DNA of 64,000 bases from Macrostomum hystrix (Eukaryota; Animalia; Platyhelminthes). Location of the stretch: assembly GCA_950097015.1 (NCBI GenBank), contig CATNEN010000038.1, positions 26,722,001 to 26,786,000 on the forward strand, written 5' to 3'. A program made the translations under genes and the position numbers. Shown in pieces: positions 25,221 through 37,547 of the stretch; the first letter of the stretch is position 1; each line of letters starts with the position of its first letter. The notes beneath the pieces were generated by a model that was not told the origin of the DNA, searched no databases, and saw only the letters and a program-made list of their open reading frames with translations.

Positions 25221-25727
25221 GTGAGCTCCAACGCCTGCTCGCATCTGTCCAGACCGCGCCTGCTGCACGTGCCGCTTCACGGAGGCCAAATCACAGACTG
25301 GCAGTCGATGGGGGACCGACAAGCTCCATCAAACAATGAACCCGCCGATGAGACCGATGAGCATGAAGAGGTTGACAATGTACGCGTCAGTGCAGTTCGC
25401 CTGGACGACATCCTCTTGACGGAGACCTGGCCAGCGCCGAAGCTGCTGGTGAAGTGGGACATGGCATTCGCCGATCTGGACTGTCTGCGCCTCGCGGCTG
25501 AAGGCGCCCTCACCTGGCCGAATATCACAGGTGTGCTGCTGCTGGGCATTTCGGCGGAGTCGGCAGGTGCAACCGCCCGACTCATGGCTGAGCAGCTGCA
25601 CTTCAAGCCTCACCGACTGCTGGCGGCGTCGGCAGCTGGGGCACCAGCCGATGAGCCCGGAGCTCTGCTGGACTTAGCCGCAGTCGACACCTGGCCTAAT
25701 GATGTGCTGTGGCTACGGGCGCCATAG
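25221..25727 (+). CDS. FkbM-like methyltransferase exon 3 (last)
   Basis: caccttgcag|GTG, phase 0. VRVSAVRLDDIL...KLLVKWDMAFAD aligns by eye to the FkbM V...TLDD...IKIDIEG.E region. TAG stop. Confidence 0.72.
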   Translation: MSSNACSHLSRPRLLHVPLHGGQITDWQSMGDRQAPSNNEPADETDEHEEVDNVRVSAVRLDDILLTETWPAPKLLVKWDMAFADLDCLRLAAEGALTWPNITGVLLLGISAESAGATARLMAEQLHFKPHRLLAASAAGAPADEPGALLDLAAVDTWPNDVLWLRAP

Positions 25728-25954
25728 CAACCGTTGCAAACATCGAAACTTCCAAAGCATCAACGAGAAATACTATAACTATCCTAATTTACATCTAACT
25801 AAGACTGATGAAATCGGACGACGGCAAACATCAATGGAGGACTAGTCAAAACGAATCACGCTAGTCACATTCGATAAAGAAAACTTTTGCGCCTACTTAA
25901 AGTAGCTATCTGTGACTGCGTATACTGTAAAAAATATAGTAAAATCCTGGCTAT

Positions 25955-28900
25955 TTGGAATCGGGACTCTTTAGAATCGGGACTCTTTAGAATCGGGACA
26001 CTTTGGAATCGGGACTCTTTGGAATCGGGACTCTTTGGAATCGGGACTCTTTAGAATCGGGACTCTTTAGAATCGGGACTCTTTGGAATCGGGACTCTTT
26101 AGAATCGGGACTCTTTGGAATCGGGACTCTTTAGAATCGGGACTCTTGGAATCGGAACTATTTGGAATCAGGACTCTTTGGAATCGGGACTCTTTGGAAT
26201 CGGGACTCTTTGGAATCGGGACTCTTTGGAATCTGGACTCTTTAGAATCGGGACTCTTGGAATCGGAACTATTTGGAATCAGACTCTTTGGAATCGAGAC
26301 TCTGTAGAATCGGGACTCTTTAGAATCGGGACTCTTTGGAATCGGGACTCTTTAGAATCGGGACTCTTTGGAATCGGGACTCTTTAGAATCGGGACTCTT
26401 TAGAATCGGGACTCTCTGGAATCGGGACTCATTAGAATCGGGACTCTTTGGAATCGGGACTCTTTAGAATCGGGACTCTTTGGAATCGGGACTCTTTAGA
26501 ATCGGGACTCTTGGAATCGGAACTATTTGGAATCAGGACTCTTTGGAATCGGGACTATGTAGAATCGGGACTCTTTAGAATCGGGACTCTTTAGAATCGG
26601 GACTCTTTGGAATCGGGACTCTTTAGAATCGGGACTCTTTAGAATCGGGACTCTTGGAATCGAAACTCTTTGGAATCAAAACTCTTTAGAATCTGGACTC
26701 TTTGGAATCTGGACTCTTTGGAATCGGGACTCTTTAGAATCGGGACTCTCTGGAATCGGGACTCATTAGAATCGGGACTCTTTGGAATCGGGACTCTTTA
26801 GAATCGGGACTCTTTGGAATCGGGACTCTTTAGATTCGGGACTCTTGGAATCGGAACTATTTGGAATCAGGACTCTTTGGAACCGGGACTCTGTAGAATC
26901 GGGACTCTTTTGAATCGGGACTATTTGGAATCGGGACTCTTTGGAATCGGGACACTTTGGAATCGGGACTCTTTAGAATCAGGACTCTTTAGAATCAGGA
27001 CTCTTTGGAATCGGGACTCTTTAGAATCGGGACTCTTTGGAATCGGGACTCTTTAGATTCGGGACTCTTGGAATCGGAACTATTTGGAATCAGGACTCTT
27101 TGGAATCGGGACTCTGTAGAATCGGGACTCTTGGAATCGAAACTCTTTGGAATCGGGACTCTTTGGAATCGGGACTCTTTAGAATCGGGACTCTCTGGAA
27201 TCGGGACTCATTAGAATCGGGACTCTTTGGAATCGGGACTCTTTAGAATCGGGACTCTTTGGAATCGGGACTCTTTAGATTCGGGACTCTTGGAATCGGA
27301 ACTATTTGGAATCAGGACTCTTTGGAATCGGGACTCTGTAGAATCGGGACTGTTTTGAATCGGGACTATTTGGAATCGGGACTCTTTGGAATCGGGACAC
27401 TTTGGAATCGGGACTCTTTAGAATCAGGACTCTTTAGAATCAGGACTCTTTGGAATCGGGACTCTTTGGAATCAGGACTCTTTAGAATCGGGACTCTTTG
27501 GAATCGGGACTCTTTAGAATCAGGACTCTTTAGAATCAGGACTCTTTAGAATCCGGACTCTTTGGAATCTAAACTCTTTAGAATCGGGACTCTTTAGAAT
27601 CGGGACTCTTTGGAATCGGGACTCTTTGGAATCGGGACTCTTTGGAATCAGGACTCTTTAGAATCGGGACTCTTTGGAATCGGGACTCTTTGGAATCGGG
27701 ACTATTTTGAATCGGGACTCTTTGGAATCGGGACTCTTTGGAATCGGGACTCTTTGGAATCGGGACTCTTTGGAATCAGGACTCTTTGGAATCGGGACTA
27801 TGTAGAATCGGGACTCTTTGGAATCGGGACTCTTTAGAATCGGGACTCTTTGGAATAAGGACTCTTTAGAATCGGGACTCTTTGGAATCGGGACTCTTTG
27901 GAATCGGGACTATTTTGAATCGGGACTCTTTGGAATCGGGACTCTTTGGAATCGGGACTCTTTAGAATCGGGACTCTTTAGAATCGGGACTCTGTAGAAT
28001 CGGGACTCTTTAGAATCGGGACTCTGTAGAATCGGGACTCTTTAGAATCGGGACTCTTTGGAATCGGGACTCTTGGAATCGAAACTCTTTGGAATCAAAA
28101 CTCTTTAGAATCGGGACTCTTTGGAATCGGGACTCTTTAGAATCGGGACTCTTTAGAATCGGGACTCTCTGGAATCGGGACTCATTAGAATCGGGACCCT
28201 TTGGAATCGGGACTCTTTAGAATCGGGACTCTTTGGAATCGGGACTGTTTAGATTCGGGACTCTTGGAATCGGAACTCTTTAGAATCGGGACTCTTTAGA
28301 ATCGGGACTCTTTGGAATCGGGACTCTTTGGAATCAGGACTCTTTAGAATCGGGACTCTTTGGAATCGGGACTCTTTAGAATCAGGACTCTTTAGAATCA
28401 GGACTCTTTAGAATCGGGACTCTTTGGAATCAAAACTCTTTAGAATCGGGACTCTTTAGAATCGGGACTCTTTGGAATCGGGACTCTTTGGAATCAGGAC
28501 TCTTTAGAATCGGGACTCTTTAGAATCAGGACTCTTTAGAATCAGGACTCTTTAGAATCAGGACTCTTTAGAATCAGGACTCTTTAGAATCAGGACTCTT
28601 TGGAATCGGGACTCTTTAGAATCAGGACTCTTTAGAATCGGGACTCTTTGGAATCGGGACTCTTTAGAATCAGGACTCTTTAGAATCGGGACTCTTTGGA
28701 ATCAAAACTCTTTAGAATCGGGACTCTTTAGAATCGGGACTCTTTGGAATCGGGACTCTTTGGAATCGGGACTCTTTGGAATCGGGAGTCTTTGGAATCG
28801 GGACTCTTTGGAATAGAGAACTTTGGAATCGTGACTCTTTAGCATCGGGACTCTTTGGAATCAAGACTCTTTAGAATCGGGACTCTTTGGAATCGGGACT

Positions 28901-29730
28901 CTTTGGAATTGGGACTCTTTAGAATCGGGACTCTTTAGAATCAGGACTCTTTGGAATCGGGACTCTTTGGAATCGGGACTCTTTAGAATCGGGACTCTTT
29001 GGAATCTGGACTCTTTGGAATCGGGACTCTTTGGAATCGGGACTCTTTGGAATCTGGACTCTTTAGAATCGGGACTTTTGGAATCGGAACTATTTGGAAT
29101 CAGGACTCTTTGGAATCGGGACTCTGTAGAATCGGGACTCTTTAGAATCGGGACTCTTTAGAATCGGGACTCTTTGGAATCGTGACTCTTTGGAATCGGG
29201 ACTCTTTAGAATCTGGACTCTTTAGAATCGGGACTCTCTGGAATCGGGACTCATTAGAATCGGGACTCTTTGGAATCGGGACTCTTTAGAATCGGGACTC
29301 TTTAGAATCGGGACTCTCTGGAATCGGGACTCATTAGAATCGGGACTCTTTGGAATCGGGACTCTTTAGAATCGGGACTCTTTGGAATCGGGACTCTTTA
29401 GATTCGGGACTCTTGGAATCGGAACTATTTGGAATCGGGACTCTTTGGAATCGGGACTCTTTAGAATCGGGACTCTTTAGAATCGGGACTCTCTGGAATC
29501 GGGACTCATTAGAATCGGGACTCTTTGGAATCGGGACTCTTTAGAATCGGGACTCTTTGGAATCGGGACTCTTTGGAATCGGGACTCTTTGGAATAGGGA
29601 CTCTTTGGAATCGGGACTCTTTAGATTCGGGACTCTTGGAATCGGAACTATTTGGAATCAGGACTCTTTGGAATCTGGACTCTGGAATCTGGACTCTGGA
29701 ATCTGGACTCTGTAAAATGCGGACTTGGAA
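25955..29730. repeat. 16-bp satellite, inverted orientation (GGAATCGGGACTCTTT)
   Basis: Same family as 16222-24322 on the opposite strand, with occasional 15-bp variants. Confidence 0.97.
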
Positions 29731-30362
29731 TCGACTCCTTGGGAACAGTATATTGTTGACAACGAACTTTGTTGGGCAAAGTGTAATTAACCTACAATGA
29801 GTCGCTGATATAGGATAAAAAGTTAGTGGTATAGGCCAAGGACTATGTTGTTTCAGTGCAATAAAATTTATTGAAAAGTTATGCATGCAGGAGCCTGTCC
29901 TGAGTTTAAGTTTATGAGGCCGGTGACCGTAATCTTATTGCGGAGTGGTTCTTGTGTTGAGAATTCTGCTGTTCAGAAACTTCAGTTGCAACGTGGTGCA
30001 ATAAAAATCTAATTTCTAATTGAGCTTCATCGATACTTTCAGACACATATCATAGCACAATGCATGTCAGTAATAAAAAATTACATTAATATTGCTCAGC
30101 CTGGGGGAAAGAATAAATAATAATTAATTAGGTTATGCATAGGTTAGGTTTCCTTCTGATTTTTGATCATGTAATTGAAAGCTTAATGAATGAATTGTGT
30201 GAATTTCATTTTCTTCTATTTTGCTTTTAGTAGCATGTCATCACTTGATAAATTCTTGAACACTTCTAAGTTCCTAATGCAACACTAATAGTTACAAGAA
30301 CCACTGTTGAAAAACTGTAGTAGTGTAGTCCTTCCACAGTGGTCCTTACTAAATAGTTCTTG

Positions 30363-31383
30363 TAATCAGGACTCTTTGGAAGCGGGACTCTTTGAAATCG
30401 GGACTCTTTGGAATCGGGACTTTTTAGAATCAGGACTATTTAGAATCAGGACTCTTTAGAATCGGGACTCTTTAGAATCAGGACTCTTTAGAATCGGGAC
30501 TCTTTAGAATCGGGACTATTTAGAATCAGGACTCTTTAGAATCGGGACTATTTAGAATCGGGACTCTTTAGAATCGGGACTATTTAGAATCAGGACTCTT
30601 TAGAATCAGGACTCTTTAGAATCGGGACTATTTAGAATCAGGACTCTTTGGAATCGGGACTCATTAGAATCGAAACTCTTTAGAATCGGGACTCTTTAGA
30701 ATCAGGACTCTTTAGAATCAGGACTCTTTTGAATCAGGACTCTTTTGAATCAGGACTCTTTAGAATCAGGACACTTTGGAATCGGGACTCTTTAGAATCA
30801 GGACTCTTTGGAATCGGGACTCTTTAGAATCAGGACTCTTTAGAATCAGGACTCTTTGGAATCGGGACTCATTAGAATCGAAACTCTTTAGAATCGGGAC
30901 TCTTTAGAATCGGGACTCTTTAGAATCAGGACTCTTTGGAATCGGGACTCATTAGAATCGGGACTCTTTGGAATCGCAACTCATTAGAATCGAAACTCTT
31001 TAGAATCGGGACTCTTTGGAATCGGGTCTCCTTAGAATCGGGACTCATTAGAATCGAAACTCTTTAGAATCGGGACTCTCTAGAATCGAAACTCTTTGGA
31101 ATCGAAACTCCTTTGAATCGTGACTCTTTAGAATCGGGACTCTTTGGAGTCGGGACTCTTTAGAATCGGGACTCTTTAGAATCGAAACTCTTTGGAATCG
31201 GGACTCTTTAGAATCGGGACTCTTTAGAATCGGGACTCTTTAGAATCGTGACTCTTTAGAATCGGGACTCTTTGGAATCGGGACTCTTTGGAATCGGGAC
31301 ACTTTGGAATCGGGACTATTTGGAATTGGGACTCTTTGGAATTGGGACTCTTTGGAATCGGGACTCTTTTGAATCGGGACTTT
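30363..31383. repeat. 16-bp satellite, inverted orientation, further array
   Basis: TAGAATCAGGACTCTT and GGAATCGGGACTCTTT units. Confidence 0.96.
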
Positions 31384-31727
31384 AGTGGTCGGGATTCTTC
31401 GAATGAAGAAGTCGAGTTCAGGATTGGATTTATGGATTCTAGGAGCGGATAGCACTTGCTATTAGTTAGACACAGGCAGTAGAGTGACCTTGGATTCTTA
31501 ACATCCTGACCTGACCCTACGCTATCTTCTTAACTTTCAAAATATAGTGGCAAAGGTTCTGATTGTGCGGCTTTTGAATGCAGACAAACAGTTCTCGGTT
31601 CTGCAGTCCACAATGTGCACTAGCGGCAGGCCGACCTTGCACTGCCTTTTTGAACGTTTTGGCAGTGGCACTAATGTGGCAGTTGCAGAGTCCCATTCCG
31701 CACGGGTTTATAGTGTAATGCAATCTG

Positions 31728-31762
31728 CGGCTGTGGCGGCGGCGGCGGCAAAGATCAAAGGG
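31728..31762 (-). promoter_or_regulatory. Candidate Wnt-response element: TCF HMG site plus GC helper sites, 3' of Cdx
   Basis: The minus strand reads CCCTTTGATCTTTGCCGCCGCCGCCGCCACAGCCG: an optimal CCTTTGATCT followed by GCCGCC helpers. Confidence 0.5.
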
Positions 31763-33258
31763 AGAGTTGGCGCGCAGGGCTCTGTTAATGGCGGGGGCTG
31801 GTAAATTGGTTGAGAATAGTAGCTTTATGATGGGGCATTGTGTGGCGCCCAGGCCGGCCTGGCGAGTCCCCTACAATTTTCACAAGCGCACAGCACCCAC
31901 AGCTTACGGAATGCGCACCACACTAAAATTGAAACAGAAACCGTTGCGACTGTTCACCTTACAATGGGCCCAAGTTGCCAGCTGGGAATTGCCGTTGGCT
32001 TATTGTTTCTTATTTTTTGCATCTCACAATTCATGAATCCGGGCGGAAATCGCATCGAAAAATAAAATAGGCTTAGTTTATTGTTTGAATCAAGAAGGCA
32101 GGAAGAGCAACAAGTTGAAAGAGGAAACATTTTCTAGTGATTGTAGAGTTTTTTCTTTTGAACATTGAATTGGCACTCCAATTGTAATTATTTGTTTTTT
32201 AGAGAAGAAATCTAATAAATCATTATAATTTTAAATTGTGTACTCTAGATGTACGGTAGATAAACAAATCGGTAACGTGAGTTCGACGTCGTAAATTGAA
32301 CGAAACGAAACGAAAAATGTAAATTTATATCATAAAGATAACAGTTTTTTTTACTTTTTCTAACTTAATTATTACTGACTTCCGTAAAAAAATCCCTAAA
32401 AACTTTCTTTAGAAAAGTCTTAAAAACCGTCGAGTTTCACTAAATGTGCTTTTACCGTTTGCCATGGCCAGTGAACCGATTAGCTGGCATTAATAAGCCA
32501 AGGGGCAGGCTGAGGCGCCACCAAACGGGTGGGCTGACTTTTATGACCTCCTTGCCGAAACCCCCTCTAAGTTATTGCCCCACCCACCCTATCCGCCCAC
32601 CCCAAAGCCCGACAATAAAACCCTGGCCGCAGCCCCGGCCCTTTCCCTTACTTAAAATAGCGGGGGAGGGGGGCGGTCGGGCTGAAGGGAAACGAGATGT
32701 GGAGGAGGAGATGGGGTGGTGGGTTTTCCAAAGTGACGAACCAAGCCCAAAATAGCCCAAAAACCCTACTAAAATTTGTTAAGTAAGGCCTTGTTTGGCT
32801 TTCGTTTTTATGCGTTTAGCTTAAGCTTTGGCTTTACTCTTATTTTAAAAATAGTCTAAATCAGTTTAAACGGCAATGTGTTTGGTTTGGTTTGGATGCA
32901 CTTATAAACTGAAGCACTGGCTGTCTGAAAGTGAAACAAAGACCTATTATATTTGGACACAGCCGCGGTATTCTACGAGCGTAGATCCGTGAAAAAACAC
33001 TCAATTTTCACACGAATCGAAACTTGTGTCCTTCAAATTGAATCGAGAGGCTGACTGTTAAGTGACGAACTGAAAAATATTTTTTAAATCAATTTAAACT
33101 TTTTTATAGCTGCTGCTCAGCAGTTAAAGTCATTTAACTCTACGGCTCGTATTAAGTTTATTGAGTTGTTTTTTATTTTAAGTAAAGAAGCGCACGCCAA
33201 GTGGAGAGAGAATTGTGTTGTGCGAATTTAACTTGCTCATAGGTAGGATATGACTAGA

Positions 33259-33275
33259 AGATCAAAGGTGCCGCA
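33259..33275 (+). promoter_or_regulatory. Candidate TCF site with adjacent helper-like GCCGCA
   Basis: AGATCAAAGG at 33259-33268 followed by TGCCGCA. Confidence 0.4.
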
Positions 33276-33792
33276 GTTTAGCACGCTATTCTATAAAATA
33301 CACAAAACTATACACTGAAATCGGACTTCATCTCTGCGACACTGTTCGCTCACTCTCTCCAAGTCTAACCTCTCACTCAATGGAAATGAGAAATAAGCGG
33401 ACTTGCATTGCTGCAGAATTCAATGTGTCAGACCTGGCTTAGTCTGCACAAGAGACATGTTCTTACTACCATGCTACGAATATGATATGATAGTTTAAGT
33501 GTTTTGTCGGCAATCTCTTTTGAAGTTGGTAATTTTCGTGGGTTAAATGTAAAGGCAGCAGAAAACAGTTTTACTGCGTTGGCACGCAACGTACATACAT
33601 ATAGCGGATAGACTCGTGTGTCGTCCTGCAGTCTTAATAAATGTATTAGTAAATGTTAAGCTGCGAATTATGAAATCTAATTTTACGACAGGTAAACAAA
33701 AAATAATAATGGTTCGTCTGCAGGTGTGAATTTTGTTTGAAATTAACAAAAAAGATGCACTGGATTGACCGTTGACAGCTGAGTTAATTGGT

Positions 33793-33868
33793 CCAGATGT
33801 TGCACAGCCGCAGCTATTGTATAGGACTCAATTAAAGACTGCGCACAGCTGTACAGTCCATGGACTGA
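33793..33868 (-). mobile_element. SINE 3' tail fragment
   Basis: CCAGATGTTGCACAGCCGCAG...GACTGCGCACAGCTGTACAGTCCATGGACTG resembles 58126-58207. Confidence 0.55.
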
Positions 33869-34951
33869 GCTGACTTCTACCCGACAGCTAAATGGATGCA
33901 GTGTAGTTTTAAGTATCTTGCACAATGATAAAAAATGATTTGATCGGTTTGCCGGGCTTAGATTTGAGCCTAAACTTTATAATCTCCCGTAAATCTCCCA
34001 TAAACACGCTACAGTGCTTACATGGTGGCTATTTTTATAGCAACAAAATAAATTATAAGAAAAACACATTAATAACAACTTGTACAAACGTATCAATGGG
34101 CGAAGAGTATACATAGTAACTGATTATTCGATGCACGAAATCACTATAGTTAATAAGAATAAACAAACAGAATATCAAAATAAATAAATTAGCATAGCAT
34201 TTTTAGCATCCTGGGATTTTCGACATTTTATAAAACAAGAGATAATGAAATACGGGACCACAAGAAATCCAGTTGGTGCAATTCCAAAGTTTCACACAAT
34301 AATAGCCATAATAATTTTCTAAATATGCATTTCTTAGTGCAGCAGTCAACGAATGCGGAGTTAATATCAGTTAAAACAAAACTTAATTTCAAAGAAAATC
34401 ATAATTAAGAAACTGTCAGATTAAAACAAACGAATAATACAGTCAATAAAATATAGAGAATGACAATTCTAATAACAAACGTGTTCTTGGTTGAATAATG
34501 AGCTTAAACATGTAGTTGCCACTCTGCAATTACAATAAGTCGCATCATTCACACAAATGATATGCAACGAGTAGGTCGACTCATTTAAGCACCAATACAT
34601 AAACATATTTTAGGCCTGATTCACACACTTTTCCGTGTTGGATGGCGGCGTTGGCCAGCCTCATTAAGCATGCCTGCATCATTCATTTTGCCAAAGGCTG
34701 TAATTTTGTGAGGCCGAAATATATTAATTTCTTAAGGTTCCACCGTAAAAAAATCAACCGTATATGCTTCCAAGAAAAATAGAAATATAGATATATATGA
34801 AGGATTAATGCAGGTAAGCAAAAAAAGGCAAAAGTTTTAAACAAAAATGCTTCTTTTAGAATAATGAATCAATTACATGGGGGGAATTAGGGAGCGCTTG
34901 TTCTTGTCAGGTGTCAGAAATACCAAGGCCAATCGTATACTGCAGTGTTCA

Positions 34952-34999
34952 TCAAGCGTGCTCTAACTTTACTTCGGAGGGCATGCTAGAATGAAGCTG

Positions 35000-35030
<31 letters not shown>

Positions 35031-35359
35031 ATCATGTGATGCTGAGCCATGAGGTGATGCTGATGCTGATGATGCTGCAATTGTTGATGAGGCGCTTGCA
35101 GGTGTGACATCATAGCTGCGTCAGACAGCATTAGGCTGGACATCAATGATGGACTGTCAACAGTGTCCTTGAGGCTGCTGCTGCTGTTGTTATTGTTGTG
35201 ATTGTTGCAGGCATTGCTGAAGTCTAGCACAGACTGTGGTCCGTCAGCAGCCTCAGCGGCCTCAGCAGCTTCGGCGGCTCCTGACGTTGATTTCGAGCCG
35301 TTGCCGCCTTTTTTCTGCCGGCGCTCCTTTGCGCGTCGATTTTGGAACCAGATCTTGAT
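34952..35359 (-). CDS. cdx: Cdx/caudal exon 3 (homeodomain helix 3 and C-terminus)
   Basis: tctcgcag|ATC acceptor. IKIWFQNRRAKERRQKK, then an N/S/H/Q-rich tail ending in TGA. Confidence 0.93.
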
Positions 35360-35409
35360 CTGCGAGATTAGGCATAGAAGGGATTTCAATGTGTGCGAGA
35401 TTGAGACTG

Positions 35410-35790
35410 AACTCTGAGCTCACGATTCTGATCTCTGAACTCACGATTCTGATCTCTGAACTCACGATTCTGATCTCTGAACTCACGATTCTGATCTCTG
35501 AACTCACGATTCTGATCTCTGAACTCACGATTCTGATCTCTGAACTCACGATTCTGATCTCTGAACTCACGATTCTGATCTCTGAACTCACGATTCTGAT
35601 CTCTGAACTCACGATTCTGATCTCTGAACTCACGATTCTGATCTCTGAACTCACGATTCTGATCTCTGATCTCTGAACTCACGAATCTGATCTCTGATCT
35701 CTGAACTCACGATTCTGATCTCTGAACTCACGATTCTGATCTCTGAGCTCACGATTCAGAACTCTGAGCGCATGATTCTGAACCTTGAGC
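35410..35790. repeat. 21-bp minisatellite (CTCTGAACTCACGATTCTGAT)
   Basis: Tandem array about 50 bp from the Cdx intron 2 acceptor. Confidence 0.95.
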
Positions 35791-36275
35791 TCTGTGAGCT
35801 CATTAAAACAATTTGGCAGCAACTATATCTGTACAGACTACACTTCATCAGCTATGATTGAGTATTTTTGTAATTGTTTTCATAATTATATACCTCTAAT
35901 GTCATACCTGCAGAAAATAACCTTATATACTGTCTCAATAACCACGCTACAGTTGACTAAATATATTAGATTTCCTTACCTGATATTTAGCCTACAAAGT
36001 TAGAAAACATGACAATAAAAAGTCAGTCAGCTTGCTATTATTTATAACTATGCATACGTCATGCTAGGTATAGAATTTCATGGTTGCTGATGCAGCAAAT
36101 CTAGCCTAGTCGTATCAGTTACAAGCCTTCTGATTAGTCAAGGTGATAGTAGCTAAGCCCATTGTTCTCGTTCGTTAAATTAATAAAACCCGCAATTGTT
36201 GTGATTACCTGCTTCCAATTCGATATTCTCTACCGATTTTATCTTTGGATATGCTTAACTAGTTTTCCTATAAAA

Positions 36276-36810
36276 CAGGAGTCGCCAAGCTCATTTGCTT
36301 TAGGGCCCAAGAGACAATCCAAAAGTCAAAATAGACACCAGAGAGATGAGACACCAGAGAGATGAGACACCAGAGAGATGAGACACCAGAGAGATGAGAC
36401 ACCAGAGAGATGAGACACCAGAGAGATGAGACACCAGAGAGATGAGACACCAGAGAGATGAGACACCAGAGAGATGAGACACCAGAGAGATGAGACACCA
36501 GAGAGATGAGACACCAGAGAGATGAGACACCAGAGAGATGAGACACCAGAGAGATGAGACACCAGAGAGATGAGACACCAGAGAGATGAGACACCAGAGA
36601 GATGAGACACCAGAGAGATTAGACACCAGAGAGATGAGACACCAGAGAGATGAGACACCAGAGAGATGAGACACCAGAGAGATGAGACACCAGAGAGATG
36701 AGACACCAGAGAGATGAGACACCAGAGAGATGAGACACCAGAGAGATGAGACACCAGAGAGATGAGACACCAGAGAGATAAGGCACGGCTCGCGGGTTTG
36801 CGGACCCCAG
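36276..36810. mobile_element. Degenerate hAT MITE related to 4076-4798, with a homogenised 16-bp minisatellite (GAGAGATGAGACACCA)
   Basis: The left end CAGGAGTCGCCAAGCTCATTTGCTTTAGGGCCCAAGAGACAATCCAAAAG and right end GGCTCGCGGGTTTGCGGACCCCAG resemble the ends of the 4076 MITE. No TSD is retained. The array spans about 36333-36780. Confidence 0.65.
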
Positions 36811-37547
36811 TTAGCTACGAGGCTATAAAGCGTAAGATTAATGCAATCAAGAATTTAAACATGGCAACTAATTTGCGCACGGGATTCCAATTAATCTGTG
36901 TCCAGGCTGACACACCTAGGTGGGTCAAATATATGAGGCAGTATTTATTAGCGCAGTAAGTCACTTGTCAAACAGCCTACCAACAAGAGCTTAAATACAC
37001 AATAAAACTCTACGAAATCGCCAGGCAGTTGAGCTAGTCAACCGTGGAAAATTTTGCACACAGAATCGGCTTTGTTACACACCACTTGATTCTCCTATAT
37101 TCACTAAATATCTTAGCCAAGGATCTGTGAAACGGACGCGTTTGCATTATCCTTCATCAAATTCAAAATACAATCGCAGCCAAATACAATGACTGTCTGA
37201 CCTTTCGCGAGCAGGGGGCAAAACCGCACACATAGTTGGGAGTTGGGGTCTGTTGCGTCATAGGGGGTAGAGCTTTCTGCAAGGTTGTGTTGCTATGCAA
37301 GAAGATCACCACTGATTTACATCTCCCAGATTTCAGATTTGAGATTCCGCTTGGTTTAGCACAACTCAAACTGTGACGTGCTGGCCAACAACAATGGAAA
37401 CAATTTAAAACATTACAAGGCTATTGTGTGTAGAGGTGTGCTTTAAGCTCACCTGACTTTTGTGTGTTTGGACAAATATTTATTGTTTAATCGATATCGC
37501 CCCATACACTCAACACTCCGTTATGATTGATATTCGATTGAAATAGG

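Noticed and set aside
25805-25830. Hammerhead ribozyme core (CTGATGA)
   Set aside because: No stem II followed by GAAA, and no closing stems.
16214-31455. Dozens of long repetitive ORFs (KSPDSKESRFQRVPIP / ESGLFGIGTLWNRDSL)
   Set aside because: They are translations of a 16-bp satellite, open in many frames on both strands. The main array lies in an intron defined by in-phase GT-AG sites.
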